Shown piece after piece: positions 41,982 to 52,091 of a stretch of 64,000 nt of DNA. Position 1 is the stretch's first letter. Each line of letters opens with the position of its first letter. The DNA is taken from contig CM000207.1 in assembly GCA_000002445.1 (NCBI GenBank), positions 1,536,001 to 1,600,000 of the forward strand. Reading direction: 5' to 3'. Both the position numbers and the translations under genes were made by a program. The DNA is from Trypanosoma brucei. Its lineage: Eukaryota. The notes below the pieces were generated by a model. That model was not told the DNA's origin, made no database searches, and worked only from the letters and a program-made list of their open reading frames with translations.

Positions 41982-43469
41982 TTAATCGCTGTCATCGAAC
42001 CTTGTGGTATTACGGTTATTGTCGAAAGAAGGAGATGGCCGACCAAAGCCACGGCCTCCACGGTCCCCAAAGCCACGGCCTCCACGATCCCCAAAGCCGC
42101 GGCCTCCACGGTCCCCAAAGCCACGGCCTCCACGATCCCCAAAACCGCGGCCTCCACGGTCCCCAAAGCCACGGCCTCCACGATCCCCAAAGCCACGGCC
42201 TCCACGGTCCCCAAAGCCACGGCCTCCACGATCCCCAAAACCGCGGCCTCCACGATCCCCAAAACCACGGCCTCCACGATCCCCAAAACCACGGCCTCCA
42301 CGATCACCAAAGCCGCGGCCTCCACGATCACCGAAATCACGGCCTCGGCCGCGACCCCGTCCGTTTCCATTTTCATTTCGAATAAACTTTCGAACAGGCT
42401 CGTCTTCCCCCTCCTCGTCATCACCAATGGATCGCTTACCATTGGCATTCTGCTGCACCTCTTCTCCATCACTGTCAGACTCTGGCATAGGTTTCTTGGG
42501 AGCAACCTTTGGTGATGCTTTCACTGGTTTACGCACGGGCTCATCATCATCACTGTCAGACTCTGGCATAGGTTTCTTGGGAGCAACCTTTGGTGACCTC
42601 TTAGCTGGTTTACGCACGGGCTCATCATCATCACTGTCAGACTCTGGCATAGGTTTCTTGGGAGCAACCTTTGGTGACCTCTTAGCTGGTTTACGCACGG
42701 GCTCATCATCATCACTGTCAGACTCTGGCATAGGTTTCTTGGGAGCAACCTTTGGTGATGCCTTCACTGGTTTACGCACGGGTTCATCATCATCACTGTC
42801 AGACTCTGGCATAGGTTTCTTGGGAGCAACCTTTGGTGATGCTTTCACTGGTTTACGCACGGGCTCATCATCATCACTGTCAGACTCTGGCATAGGTTTC
42901 TTGGGAGCAACCTTTGGTGATGCCTTCACTGGTTTACGCACGGGTTCATCATCATCACTGTCAGACTCTGGCATAGGTTTCTTGGGAGCAACCTTTGGTG
43001 ACCTCTTAGCTGGTTTACGCACGGGCTCATCATCATCACTGTCAGACTCTGGCATAGGTTTCTTGGGAGCAACCTTTGGTGATGCCTTCACTGGTTTACG
43101 CACGGGCTCATCATCATCACTGTCAGACTCTGGCATAGGTTTCTTGGGAGCAACCTTTGGTGATGCTTTCACTGGTTTACGCACGGGCTCATCATCATCA
43201 CTGTCAGACTCTGGCATAGGTTTCTTGGGAGCAAACTTTGGTGACCTCTTAGCTGGTTTACGCACGGGCTCATCATCATCACTGTCAGTTTTATCTCGAA
43301 TATTCTTCGGTGCAGCAATGAGAGCCGAGAACTTCAGACCCCGGCCCGCCTTTTCCACTGAGGGATTACTTGCTTTCAAAGCATCCGCAGCTTCGATGTA
43401 GTTCGACTCTCTCAGATATCGGTATACCTGGGCATCAAGCTCATCTTTTGGAAGACGTAACACAGACAT
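41982..43469 (-). CDS. Nopp140-like nucleolar phosphoprotein. It has an N-terminal LisH-like motif, ten 29-aa acidic/basic repeats (DSDDDEPVRKP[VA]K[AR]SPKVAPKKPMPES) and a C-terminal GRGRGR + (FGDRGGRG)x13 RGG domain.
   Basis: N-terminus MSVLRLPKDELDAQVYRYLRESNYIEAADALK (LisH-like, as in Nopp140). Alternating Ser/acidic (CK2-site-like SDSDDDE) and Lys/Pro basic blocks. The C-terminal RGG repeats are like those of trypanosome Nopp140-like/NoLP proteins. Confidence 0.75.
   Translation of the reverse strand: MSVLRLPKDELDAQVYRYLRESNYIEAADALKASNPSVEKAGRGLKFSALIAAPKNIRDKTDSDDDEPVRKPAKRSPKFAPKKPMPESDSDDDEPVRKPVKASPKVAPKKPMPESDSDDDEPVRKPVKASPKVAPKKPMPESDSDDDEPVRKPAKRSPKVAPKKPMPESDSDDDEPVRKPVKASPKVAPKKPMPESDSDDDEPVRKPVKASPKVAPKKPMPESDSDDDEPVRKPVKASPKVAPKKPMPESDSDDDEPVRKPAKRSPKVAPKKPMPESDSDDDEPVRKPAKRSPKVAPKKPMPESDSDDDEPVRKPVKASPKVAPKKPMPESDSDGEEVQQNANGKRSIGDDEEGEDEPVRKFIRNENGNGRGRGRGRDFGDRGGRGFGDRGGRGFGDRGGRGFGDRGGRGFGDRGGRGFGDRGGRGFGDRGGRGFGDRGGRGFGDRGGRGFGDRGGRGFGDRGGRGFGDRGGRGFGRPSPSFDNNRNTTRFDDSD
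42040..42350. repeat. About 13 copies of a 24-bp tandem repeat (ccacggcctccacg(a/g)tccccaaag) coding FGDRGGRG (RGG box)
   Basis: Direct periodicity in the sequence. The antisense frames are open only because of the repeat. Confidence 0.9.
42460..43290. repeat. Ten near-identical 87-bp tandem repeats coding the 29-aa Nopp140-like unit. Two sequence variants (KPVKASPK / KPAKRSPK) are interspersed.
   Basis: The period is visible directly: ctgtcagactctggcataggtttcttgggagcaacctttggtga[tgc(t/c)ttcac|cctcttagc]tggtttacgcacggg(c/t)tcatcatcatca. Confidence 0.9.
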
Positions 43470-43820
43470 TTAAAGAGATGTTCTTTAACTTTCCTAGGGC
43501 GACCAATAGAAAGCAAAAAGGGAAAAGGGAAAGATCAAAAGTGAGAAGTCGGATATGTGGACCGTTATCTTCCGTAGGTCACTGTCTCATTCATTGAAGA
43601 AGGATTCAAAAGAATGACCGCTCGTGGTTATGTATAACTTTTTTTTCACAGACAGATTTGCACGGAGACAAAACGCATCTCAATAAGGATTCAGCATGAT
43701 GAATACAACTTCGTGTGGGTTGGTTCCTGATTTTGCACAACAGAGGTCAACGATCAAGAGGGGGTCCTGCAGGAAGCGTCGGCTGTTGGCGTACTTCTGT
43801 TCCTGGTACACCTTCATCTG

Positions 43821-44120
43821 TTATTTCCGTCCCCTTTGAACCCTCTTATCGTATCGTATATGTCGTAGCTTCTTTCCGTGTCTACTAGTCGATGCCCCCG
43901 GTTTGACCGGGTGAGGTGTTCGCGTACGATTAAAAATCGTTTCCTCCGGGCGTCCAATGTAGTACGGTTTCGTCGTTGTCCCACACTCTTCACAGGACTC
44001 CCCTTGGTACACGCGCTGTGTAGTCCTCGTAACCCACACATGAGAGGAAGTCCACGTGTTGCTGCACACCCGGCAGCGAAAGATGCCCGGACGTCTAGCC
44101 AGTGGTGGGGGAGTAAACAT
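43821..44120 (-). CDS. Small zf-3CxxC (ZAR1-like zinc-binding) domain protein. The track ORF is 132 aa from 44219; an alternative start MFTPPP at 44120 gives about 100 aa.
   Basis: FRCRVCSNTWTSSHVWV...YQGESCEECGTTTKPYYIGRPEE matches the 3CxxC pattern (C-x2-C-x2-W-x-S-x3-W ... Y-x4-C-x2-C-x5-PY), cf. ZAR1 CKDCNIRWESAYVWC...YFKQFCRTCQKSYNPYRV. Confidence 0.55.
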   Translation of the reverse strand: MFTPPPLARRPGIFRCRVCSNTWTSSHVWVTRTTQRVYQGESCEECGTTTKPYYIGRPEETIFNRTRTPHPVKPGASTSRHGKKLRHIRYDKRVQRGRK

Positions 44121-44561
44121 AATATGCCGTGGCCGCAGAAGAAGAAGAGCGGTGATAGTGAGCATAAAGAGGGTTGCTATAGATGGGAAAGTTTCTCCTT
44201 CACGCCAACATATAGACACACCCCACGTGTTTTTGACTGCTGCCGTGAGGCAGTGTCCGGAAGTCGCTACCTTGCGCGTGCACGGGAGAAAGAAGATCAG
44301 AAGAAGGGAAAGATATAGTGCTAGTAGCTACTATTATGGGACGGCAAAAACACGACCACCTTTTTACAAGCATTCGCGTGTGTTTCCTCTCCATAAGCGT
44401 TGCTCCGGTTGACAAGAAAAATTTGCGGCTCTCTGGCACTTCCTCCTGCAAGTATCATCTTGTATTCAAATATTTTTCTCTATAGAAATACCCGTTCTAT
44501 ATTTCGATTACGATCTCTATGTGTTACCGCCAGTTTGTGAAAGCTCCCTCTATCATGAAGG

Positions 44562-47500
44562 TTAGCTGAATTGAAGCGCTGTTTCAACACACTCCTCCAA
44601 CCACGCAAACCCCTGAATGACAGCGACTTTTTTGAGCGCCTGAAGCTGAGTGTGGATTGGCTTTGCCTTTCCCACGAGAGGCCCACAACATGTTTGATTG
44701 ATAGAGTTTGCTGTGACCTCGTGACACTTACCACAAACAAAGTCCTGCTTTGTATAGCTCATTACCAGTGTGTTTACTTTGCGTACGAGGTAAGACTCGA
44801 CGGCGGAGGCGAATATGGGGGCACTGCATCCATTGCAGCGCATTCGTTTCTCCCGAATGCTCAGATCAAGAAGAACATCTGCATTACAAAAGCTACATTG
44901 AAACATCAGCTGGTGGCAATCGGTGTCTGCATCAGCAGTAATCTGTGCCAGTGGAGAGAAGGGACTCACCCCACACAGCCTCAGACAGTTATTTCGTACC
45001 TTTCCCAAAACCCCGTCGTTGGGGAACAGTTCCAATAGTCGACAAACCACCTTTGTGTACTCCAGTGCGACCGCAGCACCTGTTAGAGTTGTCTCACCAG
45101 CTGGGAACCCCTTTTCATGGAGATCCTTCCGCTCCGTGAGGTCGTGAACCTCCTCAATAAGTTCGGTGTGAAGTTTTCCTTCAACCAACTTCTTGTAAAC
45201 GCCAACTATCCTCGTAAGAATTTGTTCATTTTTTGTCGCCAACACGACTGTTGGATCCTCTTGAACCTCGACAAGCACGCTCTCCCGCGCCAACGCTATC
45301 GCGCGCAAGGTCCCCTCTATTCGAACCAATAAGATGTCCCTAACCTTTTTTGGCAGCTTACTCCATATGGTGAAGGAGTACTCAACTAGCATCTCGTCTA
45401 ACACCACCTGATCTTTCTCTTTTAGAGATTTGCATCCTTCGCTCGTGACATACAAAAATACGTAGTCCCGCTTGTCAAGAATGACAAACGGGCACCAGTA
45501 ACGAATCGGTTTCAGGGACAAGAGGAGGAGCATCGGCTGGTCCTTTAAGGAATCCACCATGAATCGTGCGAAGCTCACCGTATCTTGAATGGTGTGCTTC
45601 GGAGTCAGAACAACGATGGAGTCACCATCTACCTTCACCGTACGACCACCAAGCTTCGCAAGGCTAAATAAGACAGTTGTCAGTGCACGGTGTGCCAGCG
45701 TACTCACCAACTCTAACAGCCGCGGCTCGTAACATGATGAAACGGGGTCCCGAATCCACCGAGAGAAGCTAGCGAGAAGAACATCTGCTACAGCGTTGGT
45801 TCGCACTTGACCCAACAAATCCGAGACGAGATCTCGCAGTATGTTAAAGTGTGTGGTTACACCTTGGTTGCACAGAGCATGGGCATTAGGGTCATCGCCT
45901 TCTTGAATCAACTGTGAGAACAACACGGCGACCACATCGAGCCGCGCCAAACTAAACTCAACGCCCCACGAAAGGTAACCACCGGGCATGACAACCTGCC
46001 GCGGTCGCTCCTCTATGGAATCGAAGGCGATAGATACATCACGCGAGTTCCATAAGACATGGGCACGAGCATGCAGTGCTCTCGTGAAGAGCACATCCCA
46101 AGCATGGACACTCGTGTCTTGCATCAGATTGCATAGAGGGATACGGGAGAGGCGACTAAATGAGATGCGCTCCTCTACCCAAAGTAGAGATGCACAATAG
46201 CGCTGCAGCAGCCTCCGTGCGAGTAACCGTGTCCACCGGAATGGATCAGAAAGCAGGCGTTCATCCTCCGCTGCACCAAGGATACGGAGATATGGGAGTG
46301 ATGACGGAAGGCAACGTTGTTCAATAAGTTGCGTCGTAGTGATACTACTTTCAAGGACAGCAAACAACGGTGAGCCCCCTCCTTCCATCACTCCATTTAG
46401 TGAGCGATAGACGAGTCGCCACGCATTTTCGGTATCTGCGACGACCTCCCACGTCACATCCAGCGGAACCTCAGTACTGTTGAGAGACTGTGCTGCCTCA
46501 AAGAACAATGTTCTCCAATTTATTGTTGGGGCAGGCGCCGAGGCTGGTTGAATTATAGCTACGAAAGCAGTATGATCGAAGTGGTTCACAAGCCCAATTA
46601 TGCCGCGGGTGTCGGAAGCGACGTGAAAAAGAAATACAAAACGGTTAGACGAATTTTGGAGGTAATTTCCGGTGGGGACACTCGTAAGTTCATCTACGCT
46701 AAAAGTCCCTCTTGCATATGGTCTCTGCCTCGCGTTTCGCAGATAATCGTCAACTAAAACGTTCGCACAGCACCCGATTTTTTCAATCATCACCTCAGCT
46801 CGTGTAATGTGATCCTCATAAACCATGTGGACATCCTCTCGTCCTGTGAGTAATCCATTCAGCATTCTTTCGCCCTCTCGACCCGGAGGTAAATCAACAT
46901 GCAACAGGTTTGTCGAGCTTCGACTTCGAGGTAAAACAAGCGCATTGGTAACAGGTTTCGCGGAGGGTAAAAATGCATTATGATCGGCATCAACAACAAT
47001 GCGCCGTGGAACAATGCACCGGAAGGTGTAGAGGGTTTTATCCAGAGCTGCGATAACCGCCACCGTACCGTCGTCAGCTTTGTCCGTTCGTATTTCCATG
47101 ATATGCCAGGTTGTCGATAGTGCTTTAGTTTTCACATCAATGAAGTGGCTGCTAGTTGGCTGTCCATCCGCTGTGAGTAACTCACTTTCTTTCATCATTT
47201 GTCGGCGTAACGTAGCGCGACGTGTCCACGCTTGCTTCTGCAGCTTCAACCAAGCCCCCACACGTGCATCTGCGAAGAAAGCGGCATCCATAGGGTGGTT
47301 GCTGTTCGGTGCAAAATACTTGGACTTTAGCATTTCAACATCCTCAATTTCATGTAACTCTGCCTCACGCACAAGGCGGTATCCCTCATCGTCAGACACA
47401 TTAACGATACTAGCAACGTCCGAGTCAGTACCTTCGCTTTCTTGAAGGTAGTAAACATCGCCGTTAACCACCCCTGCAGAACCATTCTTCTTACGACGCA

Positions 47501-50500
47501 CATCTTTCTCTCCACCGGATGAGGGGGCCACCCCATCGCCCGTAACAAGATCCTCCACATCAGGCACACCACCGTCACCTGGTTTAGCCTTGACGAACAT
47601 ATTTGTCAGCGTCGTTTGCTTGAATCTTGAGTTCAGTTGTTGAACACGCTTCTGAAGCCAGTCCGGGTACGGCACTCGTGGGACTGGGTTGGGGACCTGC
47701 TGTAGCGCGGCAGGAATCGTTATAATTTTCTGCACGCATGCGTTGTAGCGAGCAATGTAATAATCCCAGTCAAGCAAATGTTGAAGGTCTACATTAGCGG
47801 ATATGGAGTTGTCACCCGTCCATTTGCGTAAGAAGTGTGTGCGAATGGCAGGATCTGCCCGGAAAATAGTGAGTGGAATCGCCCGCTCAGTAACAGGGCG
47901 GCCGCTGGGAAGACGCGAGATCACGAATTGGCAAGCAAGTCCCTTATCTTTAACCATCTGTGGACCAAGGAAGTCTCCAATACGTCGAGCTGTTGTCAGT
48001 GCAAGGGACTTCTGCGAGTCAGGATATTCTGACAGACGTCGAGTCATGTTGCTGCTCTCCGACAGCTTCTCAAGAATCTCCTCTGGGTCGTAGCCCTCGC
48101 CCTTGGAGTACAACATGTCGAGTGCGACGTTAGCTGCAACGGCCGCTGAGGCATACGATTCAACCAGGGTGGTGCCGTCCAAGAAGCGACGAAACACCTG
48201 CGATTGAAAATCCTTTATAAGCATCAACTCCCCACGTCGCTTGAGCTCGAACCCCTTCAAATCAGCAAGTCGGCCGTCCGGGTCAAACACGGCGTAACGT
48301 TTCTTAATACCTTTCCCCTCCTCCCTACTCGCTGGGAGCATCATTGCTAGATAGGGCCCATCAACTTCAAAATATATGGAGCACTCGCTACGGCGTTCGT
48401 ACAAACCGGGTCCAACGCAAGTTTGGTACTGATGGTTTGTATATCCGTCATGCACCATTTTGTTGAGCACAATACAGGGGTAGGAAATAGTCACCTTTGG
48501 TGTCGATGGGTTAGTTGTTGTGAAGGTAAAGTTCTCTGGGAAGGTGTTCGGAAGGCAGCACCAAATGCCATCCGTATCCAATTCAAGGGTGACTCCAATC
48601 TGTTGTACTAGCGCACGCGCCATTTGAATCAGCGTGGCACCGAGGTATGTGACAATGCCAGCCATTTCCATGCTGTACCAGCGGCTCCCTTTGCGCATTA
48701 CGTAGCCATAGAATGAGTTCAGAATGCACTTGTGAGCTAGCTGGAGGGACTCCATTTGCACACAACGACTTTTGCAAAGCTTGATTTCTTCGGTGTCTTT
48801 GGCATTGTCCAACCTCTTCTTCCACGTTTTGAGGGCCGCTTTGTACTCGTATCTGCGGTCTCGAAACAGACGCACTGTGTCCACGTAGAAGGAGTTTTCG
48901 CGCTGACAAACAACGTCGCTCCGCATGATCTCACGGGATTCGTGGATTTTGCCGTAAGCCTTCCTGCTGTACTCGGCAAGGCGCTTCTTGAGCATGTTAA
49001 ACTTTGTGGACTCCTGTAATTTGTAATACGCCTTAGGGCCACCTGCATCCTCATCCTCATCGCTACCGGAGCCATCTTGATCCTTTTGGAACTCCTTATG
49101 CAGCAGTGCATTCCGCGCCTCCTGGCGCTGAAAGTTGTTCTCGTGCCTGTAGTCGCTCTTGACATCGTTCTGTCGTTTCGCGAAGGGGCGCCTCTTCTTT
49201 TCGTACGCAGTTCCCTCCAAAACATTGTCTTTGCGGTTGCCGTACGTTTTCTTTTGGACAGCTGATAGGTTGGCCTGCTGAATAACCGATTCCGCAAAAG
49301 ACTCGTTCTCCAGCTGCGCCTTGACACGTTGATACTCATGGCGACCCGCTGTAAGGAATTCACCCTTCCATTTCCACGCCATAGTCCTTTTGCAGAAGTG
49401 TTCGTTCGTCGGAGAATTGAAACAACATCCCGCGCACACCTCAGCCTTCGGAATGGCGTAAGGTTGCAACCTATTTGTGAGAATAATGTTCGGGTACATT
49501 GCACCGACGTCCAGATGGTATATGATGGGCGTGGCATACTGAGATGGTCGATCACGTAGAACTTCAAGTCTAGCTTTGATGCTATCACGGATTTCCTCGT
49601 AATTTGTCACTTCATTCATCTTTACACTGTTTTCCACTTCTAATGAGAATCGCAGCGCGTCGTCGAGATCGTCGATGAGCTTTTGATACATGTCAGCACT
49701 CATTTGAAAATGTATGGGAATATCACTGCGGTAAACACCACTGCGAAGAGCCTCAACCCGGCCACCGATGTATGTTTCACTATCAATCAGGTGACCGTTG
49801 AAAAATCTTTCCAATTTAATCTCCTTCTTGTTGGGAAAAATAACGTTATTTGCATACGCTTGCACCATGAGCAACGACTCGCAAAGACCACCAGAGCCCT
49901 TCCGAAGCACGTCATCCGGGGCCATGGGAATTATCGTGGATAGTGAGTAAATAAAAGGATGAACGTACTTTTGGTAAAGAAACCATGTTGACAAGGCGTC
50001 GGAGACAGAGTACGACGCCATCTGTTGTGGGTTGCTTTGTGCAAGTGGCAACATATCCTCCGGATCGACTTCTATTGGCTCATATCCCAGTTTGTACTTC
50101 GTTACCGCCTTCAGACCTTGACTACCTTGCGGGAGGTAGCTGTCCCGCTTCACCCAGTAAAAGCAATCCAAATGCACTAATTTGTTAGCTACAAACGCCC
50201 CCTCAGAGTTCTGCGAAAAGCCCAGTTCTTCTCGCATGCTTAGATGGTGGAATAATGAGCGTGCGTGGATGAAAGGAAAGTCGAAATAGTCTCCGTTATA
50301 CGTAACATACACAGTTGGCTGGTATAGACGCATCTCACTGTAGAAACGTTGCAGCAATGCCTTTTCATCTGGTTCATTAAAGGTATCAAATATCCCTTCA
50401 TACTCGGGCTTGGGCGTGTATTCGAACTGATGAATATCTGTGGCCACAATTTCGCGGTTGACGATCAGATACCCACGCCCGTCAAGCACATACGAAATCA

Positions 50501-51302
50501 TGTAAATTTGATCCACCTCAGGTTGTGGGAACTTTAGTGGTGCTTTTGTCGTTTCGATATCAAACGCACACACGCGTGGCATAGCCGGTGCGTATGCATT
50601 AAGATCACAGCGGATCAGCTGCGTTTCCCCTTCGTGAACTTTGACGTCATACCATAATCCCACAAAAACACCAAGGTCAATCCCCACACGCATGCTGTAC
50701 TTCACGTCATATTCCCGTATTTCGTGAACCCAGTCAAACCACCTTTCTGATGCGGTGGTACTATTAACAGGGTCATCCTCAAATGTTTTGGCCATCACGT
50801 CCCCGATCGACCTGTCAAGTGGGTTGAGCAGCGTATTGCTTGCGCCCATCGATGCGTTTCGTTTCACTATCTTCTCTAAACGACCACGAACGGTAGTAAG
50901 GTCCTGCACATTAGAGAAGGAAACCTTTAGGTACAGGCGCTTGCGGCCGCTCAAATGGTTAATGAGGTCAAGGTCTTCTTTCTCCACAATTTCGATATGA
51001 CAGATCAATTGCGGTCCAAACAGCGACATCATGCCGAGCTCTACCTCATGCTCGTGACCCTCAACTGCGGAGACAAATATGTAGGGATTGTAAAACAAAT
51101 TTACCTGAAATACTTCACGCTCGTGATCTGTGAATAGAAGAACCAGCGCAGCGCGTACGCCTGAGCCACCATGCCGATCAAAAGCGGACTCCGGTGCTGC
51201 AACACTTGTTGGGTGATAATTAAACAGCCAACCGGTCCGGGTGCCACTCTCCATAATCGGCCACTCATCTTGTGGGGGTGGCATTTGTACGCTACAATTC
51301 AT
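44562..51302 (-). CDS. POLE: DNA polymerase epsilon catalytic subunit A (family B polymerase + inactive C-terminal polymerase-like half + C-terminal zinc-finger module)
   Basis: Exonuclease and polymerase motifs (AFDIETTK; ...DTDGIWC motif C; KCILNSFYGY). Overall length is about 2250 aa. C-terminal Cys clusters CSFCNADV...CNGCSAP and CGKCHEV...CCGPL. The track ORF runs to 51641, but the in-frame 5' extension translates the polypyrimidine tract (LFLFLFFLFL). The likely start is MNCSVQMPPP at 51302, or MPPP at 51284. Confidence 0.9.
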   Translation of the reverse strand: MNCSVQMPPPQDEWPIMESGTRTGWLFNYHPTSVAAPESAFDRHGGSGVRAALVLLFTDHEREVFQVNLFYNPYIFVSAVEGHEHEVELGMMSLFGPQLICHIEIVEKEDLDLINHLSGRKRLYLKVSFSNVQDLTTVRGRLEKIVKRNASMGASNTLLNPLDRSIGDVMAKTFEDDPVNSTTASERWFDWVHEIREYDVKYSMRVGIDLGVFVGLWYDVKVHEGETQLIRCDLNAYAPAMPRVCAFDIETTKAPLKFPQPEVDQIYMISYVLDGRGYLIVNREIVATDIHQFEYTPKPEYEGIFDTFNEPDEKALLQRFYSEMRLYQPTVYVTYNGDYFDFPFIHARSLFHHLSMREELGFSQNSEGAFVANKLVHLDCFYWVKRDSYLPQGSQGLKAVTKYKLGYEPIEVDPEDMLPLAQSNPQQMASYSVSDALSTWFLYQKYVHPFIYSLSTIIPMAPDDVLRKGSGGLCESLLMVQAYANNVIFPNKKEIKLERFFNGHLIDSETYIGGRVEALRSGVYRSDIPIHFQMSADMYQKLIDDLDDALRFSLEVENSVKMNEVTNYEEIRDSIKARLEVLRDRPSQYATPIIYHLDVGAMYPNIILTNRLQPYAIPKAEVCAGCCFNSPTNEHFCKRTMAWKWKGEFLTAGRHEYQRVKAQLENESFAESVIQQANLSAVQKKTYGNRKDNVLEGTAYEKKRRPFAKRQNDVKSDYRHENNFQRQEARNALLHKEFQKDQDGSGSDEDEDAGGPKAYYKLQESTKFNMLKKRLAEYSRKAYGKIHESREIMRSDVVCQRENSFYVDTVRLFRDRRYEYKAALKTWKKRLDNAKDTEEIKLCKSRCVQMESLQLAHKCILNSFYGYVMRKGSRWYSMEMAGIVTYLGATLIQMARALVQQIGVTLELDTDGIWCCLPNTFPENFTFTTTNPSTPKVTISYPCIVLNKMVHDGYTNHQYQTCVGPGLYERRSECSIYFEVDGPYLAMMLPASREEGKGIKKRYAVFDPDGRLADLKGFELKRRGELMLIKDFQSQVFRRFLDGTTLVESYASAAVAANVALDMLYSKGEGYDPEEILEKLSESSNMTRRLSEYPDSQKSLALTTARRIGDFLGPQMVKDKGLACQFVISRLPSGRPVTERAIPLTIFRADPAIRTHFLRKWTGDNSISANVDLQHLLDWDYYIARYNACVQKIITIPAALQQVPNPVPRVPYPDWLQKRVQQLNSRFKQTTLTNMFVKAKPGDGGVPDVEDLVTGDGVAPSSGGEKDVRRKKNGSAGVVNGDVYYLQESEGTDSDVASIVNVSDDEGYRLVREAELHEIEDVEMLKSKYFAPNSNHPMDAAFFADARVGAWLKLQKQAWTRRATLRRQMMKESELLTADGQPTSSHFIDVKTKALSTTWHIMEIRTDKADDGTVAVIAALDKTLYTFRCIVPRRIVVDADHNAFLPSAKPVTNALVLPRSRSSTNLLHVDLPPGREGERMLNGLLTGREDVHMVYEDHITRAEVMIEKIGCCANVLVDDYLRNARQRPYARGTFSVDELTSVPTGNYLQNSSNRFVFLFHVASDTRGIIGLVNHFDHTAFVAIIQPASAPAPTINWRTLFFEAAQSLNSTEVPLDVTWEVVADTENAWRLVYRSLNGVMEGGGSPLFAVLESSITTTQLIEQRCLPSSLPYLRILGAAEDERLLSDPFRWTRLLARRLLQRYCASLLWVEERISFSRLSRIPLCNLMQDTSVHAWDVLFTRALHARAHVLWNSRDVSIAFDSIEERPRQVVMPGGYLSWGVEFSLARLDVVAVLFSQLIQEGDDPNAHALCNQGVTTHFNILRDLVSDLLGQVRTNAVADVLLASFSRWIRDPVSSCYEPRLLELVSTLAHRALTTVLFSLAKLGGRTVKVDGDSIVVLTPKHTIQDTVSFARFMVDSLKDQPMLLLLSLKPIRYWCPFVILDKRDYVFLYVTSEGCKSLKEKDQVVLDEMLVEYSFTIWSKLPKKVRDILLVRIEGTLRAIALARESVLVEVQEDPTVVLATKNEQILTRIVGVYKKLVEGKLHTELIEEVHDLTERKDLHEKGFPAGETTLTGAAVALEYTKVVCRLLELFPNDGVLGKVRNNCLRLCGVSPFSPLAQITADADTDCHQLMFQCSFCNADVLLDLSIREKRMRCNGCSAPIFASAVESYLVRKVNTLVMSYTKQDFVCGKCHEVTANSINQTCCGPLVGKAKPIHTQLQALKKVAVIQGFAWLEECVETALQFS

Positions 51303-51314
51303 TAATAGCGGTGC

Positions 51315-51348
51315 CAAGAACAAGAAAAACAAAAAAAGAAAGAGGTAA
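51315..51348 (-). promoter_or_regulatory. Polypyrimidine tract (mRNA sense), the putative trans-splicing (SL addition) signal upstream of POLE
   Basis: + strand aagaacaagaaaaacaaaaaaagaaagagg lies immediately 5' (in gene sense) of the MNCS/MPPP start codons. Confidence 0.5.
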
Positions 51349-52091
51349 GTATTTTGGAAGAGCTGCAGATTGTCCGGCAAAACCCACACCTTTCGTTCAA
51401 GAATTTTTGTATCGAGGGGGGGAAGTTGAGGTGGAAAAAAGTGAGAGATCGTCCATCTATGGATGGACGAACCAGTTGAAATGGTTAAATGGGTCGTGAA
51501 CACAGGACAGTGAGAGTTAGTTGAACGAAACCGCGGAAAACAAAAAAAAATCAAAGGTGATGACTCTTTTAAAGAACCCCTCGCACAGTGATGTGCCACC
51601 ACGAACTCATCAGCTAACGTAAAAACGGGTTGATGCAACAAATTGGGTAGATCTTATAATATTTCTCCACCTTAGCAATGCACAGCGCACCGACAAGGTA
51701 CATGGGTTAAGATTATAGCTTCCATGGCAAACTGACGAGGCGTCTCTTCCTCCTCTTGTCTGCCTGCGTGGACCCACCCGTGACAACACACGGGCAGGGA
51801 AATCAGCATCCGCCAACTTAACCGAGATGAAAAATACACAACACATCCAAATGATGTGTCTGCACACTATTGGTGCCACAGAACGCACACAACTGCTCAC
51901 CGCAGTACCGTGCAAACAGGGGAGAAAATTTTTTTTAAAAAAGAAAAACGAAAATTAGGGGGAGAATGCACTGTAATACCCACACGCTCAAGGTACACCA
52001 CCGGCTGGTTCCTCCAGGTAGGTTCAAGTTAGCGTGTGGTGTCTCTCTTCACTTTCTATAGTGAGTAGCTACCTGCGTGCAGTCTCTGTGT

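Noticed and set aside
42004-43401. Long + strand ORFs (465 aa, 182 aa, 140 aa) antisense to the Nopp140-like gene, encoding PRPPRSPK/SLSDSGIGFLGATFGD repeats
   Set aside because: They are open only because the 24-bp and 87-bp tandem units lack stop codons in every frame. The strand disagrees with every other gene in the window, and the sense frame gives the biologically coherent LisH/acidic-basic/RGG protein.
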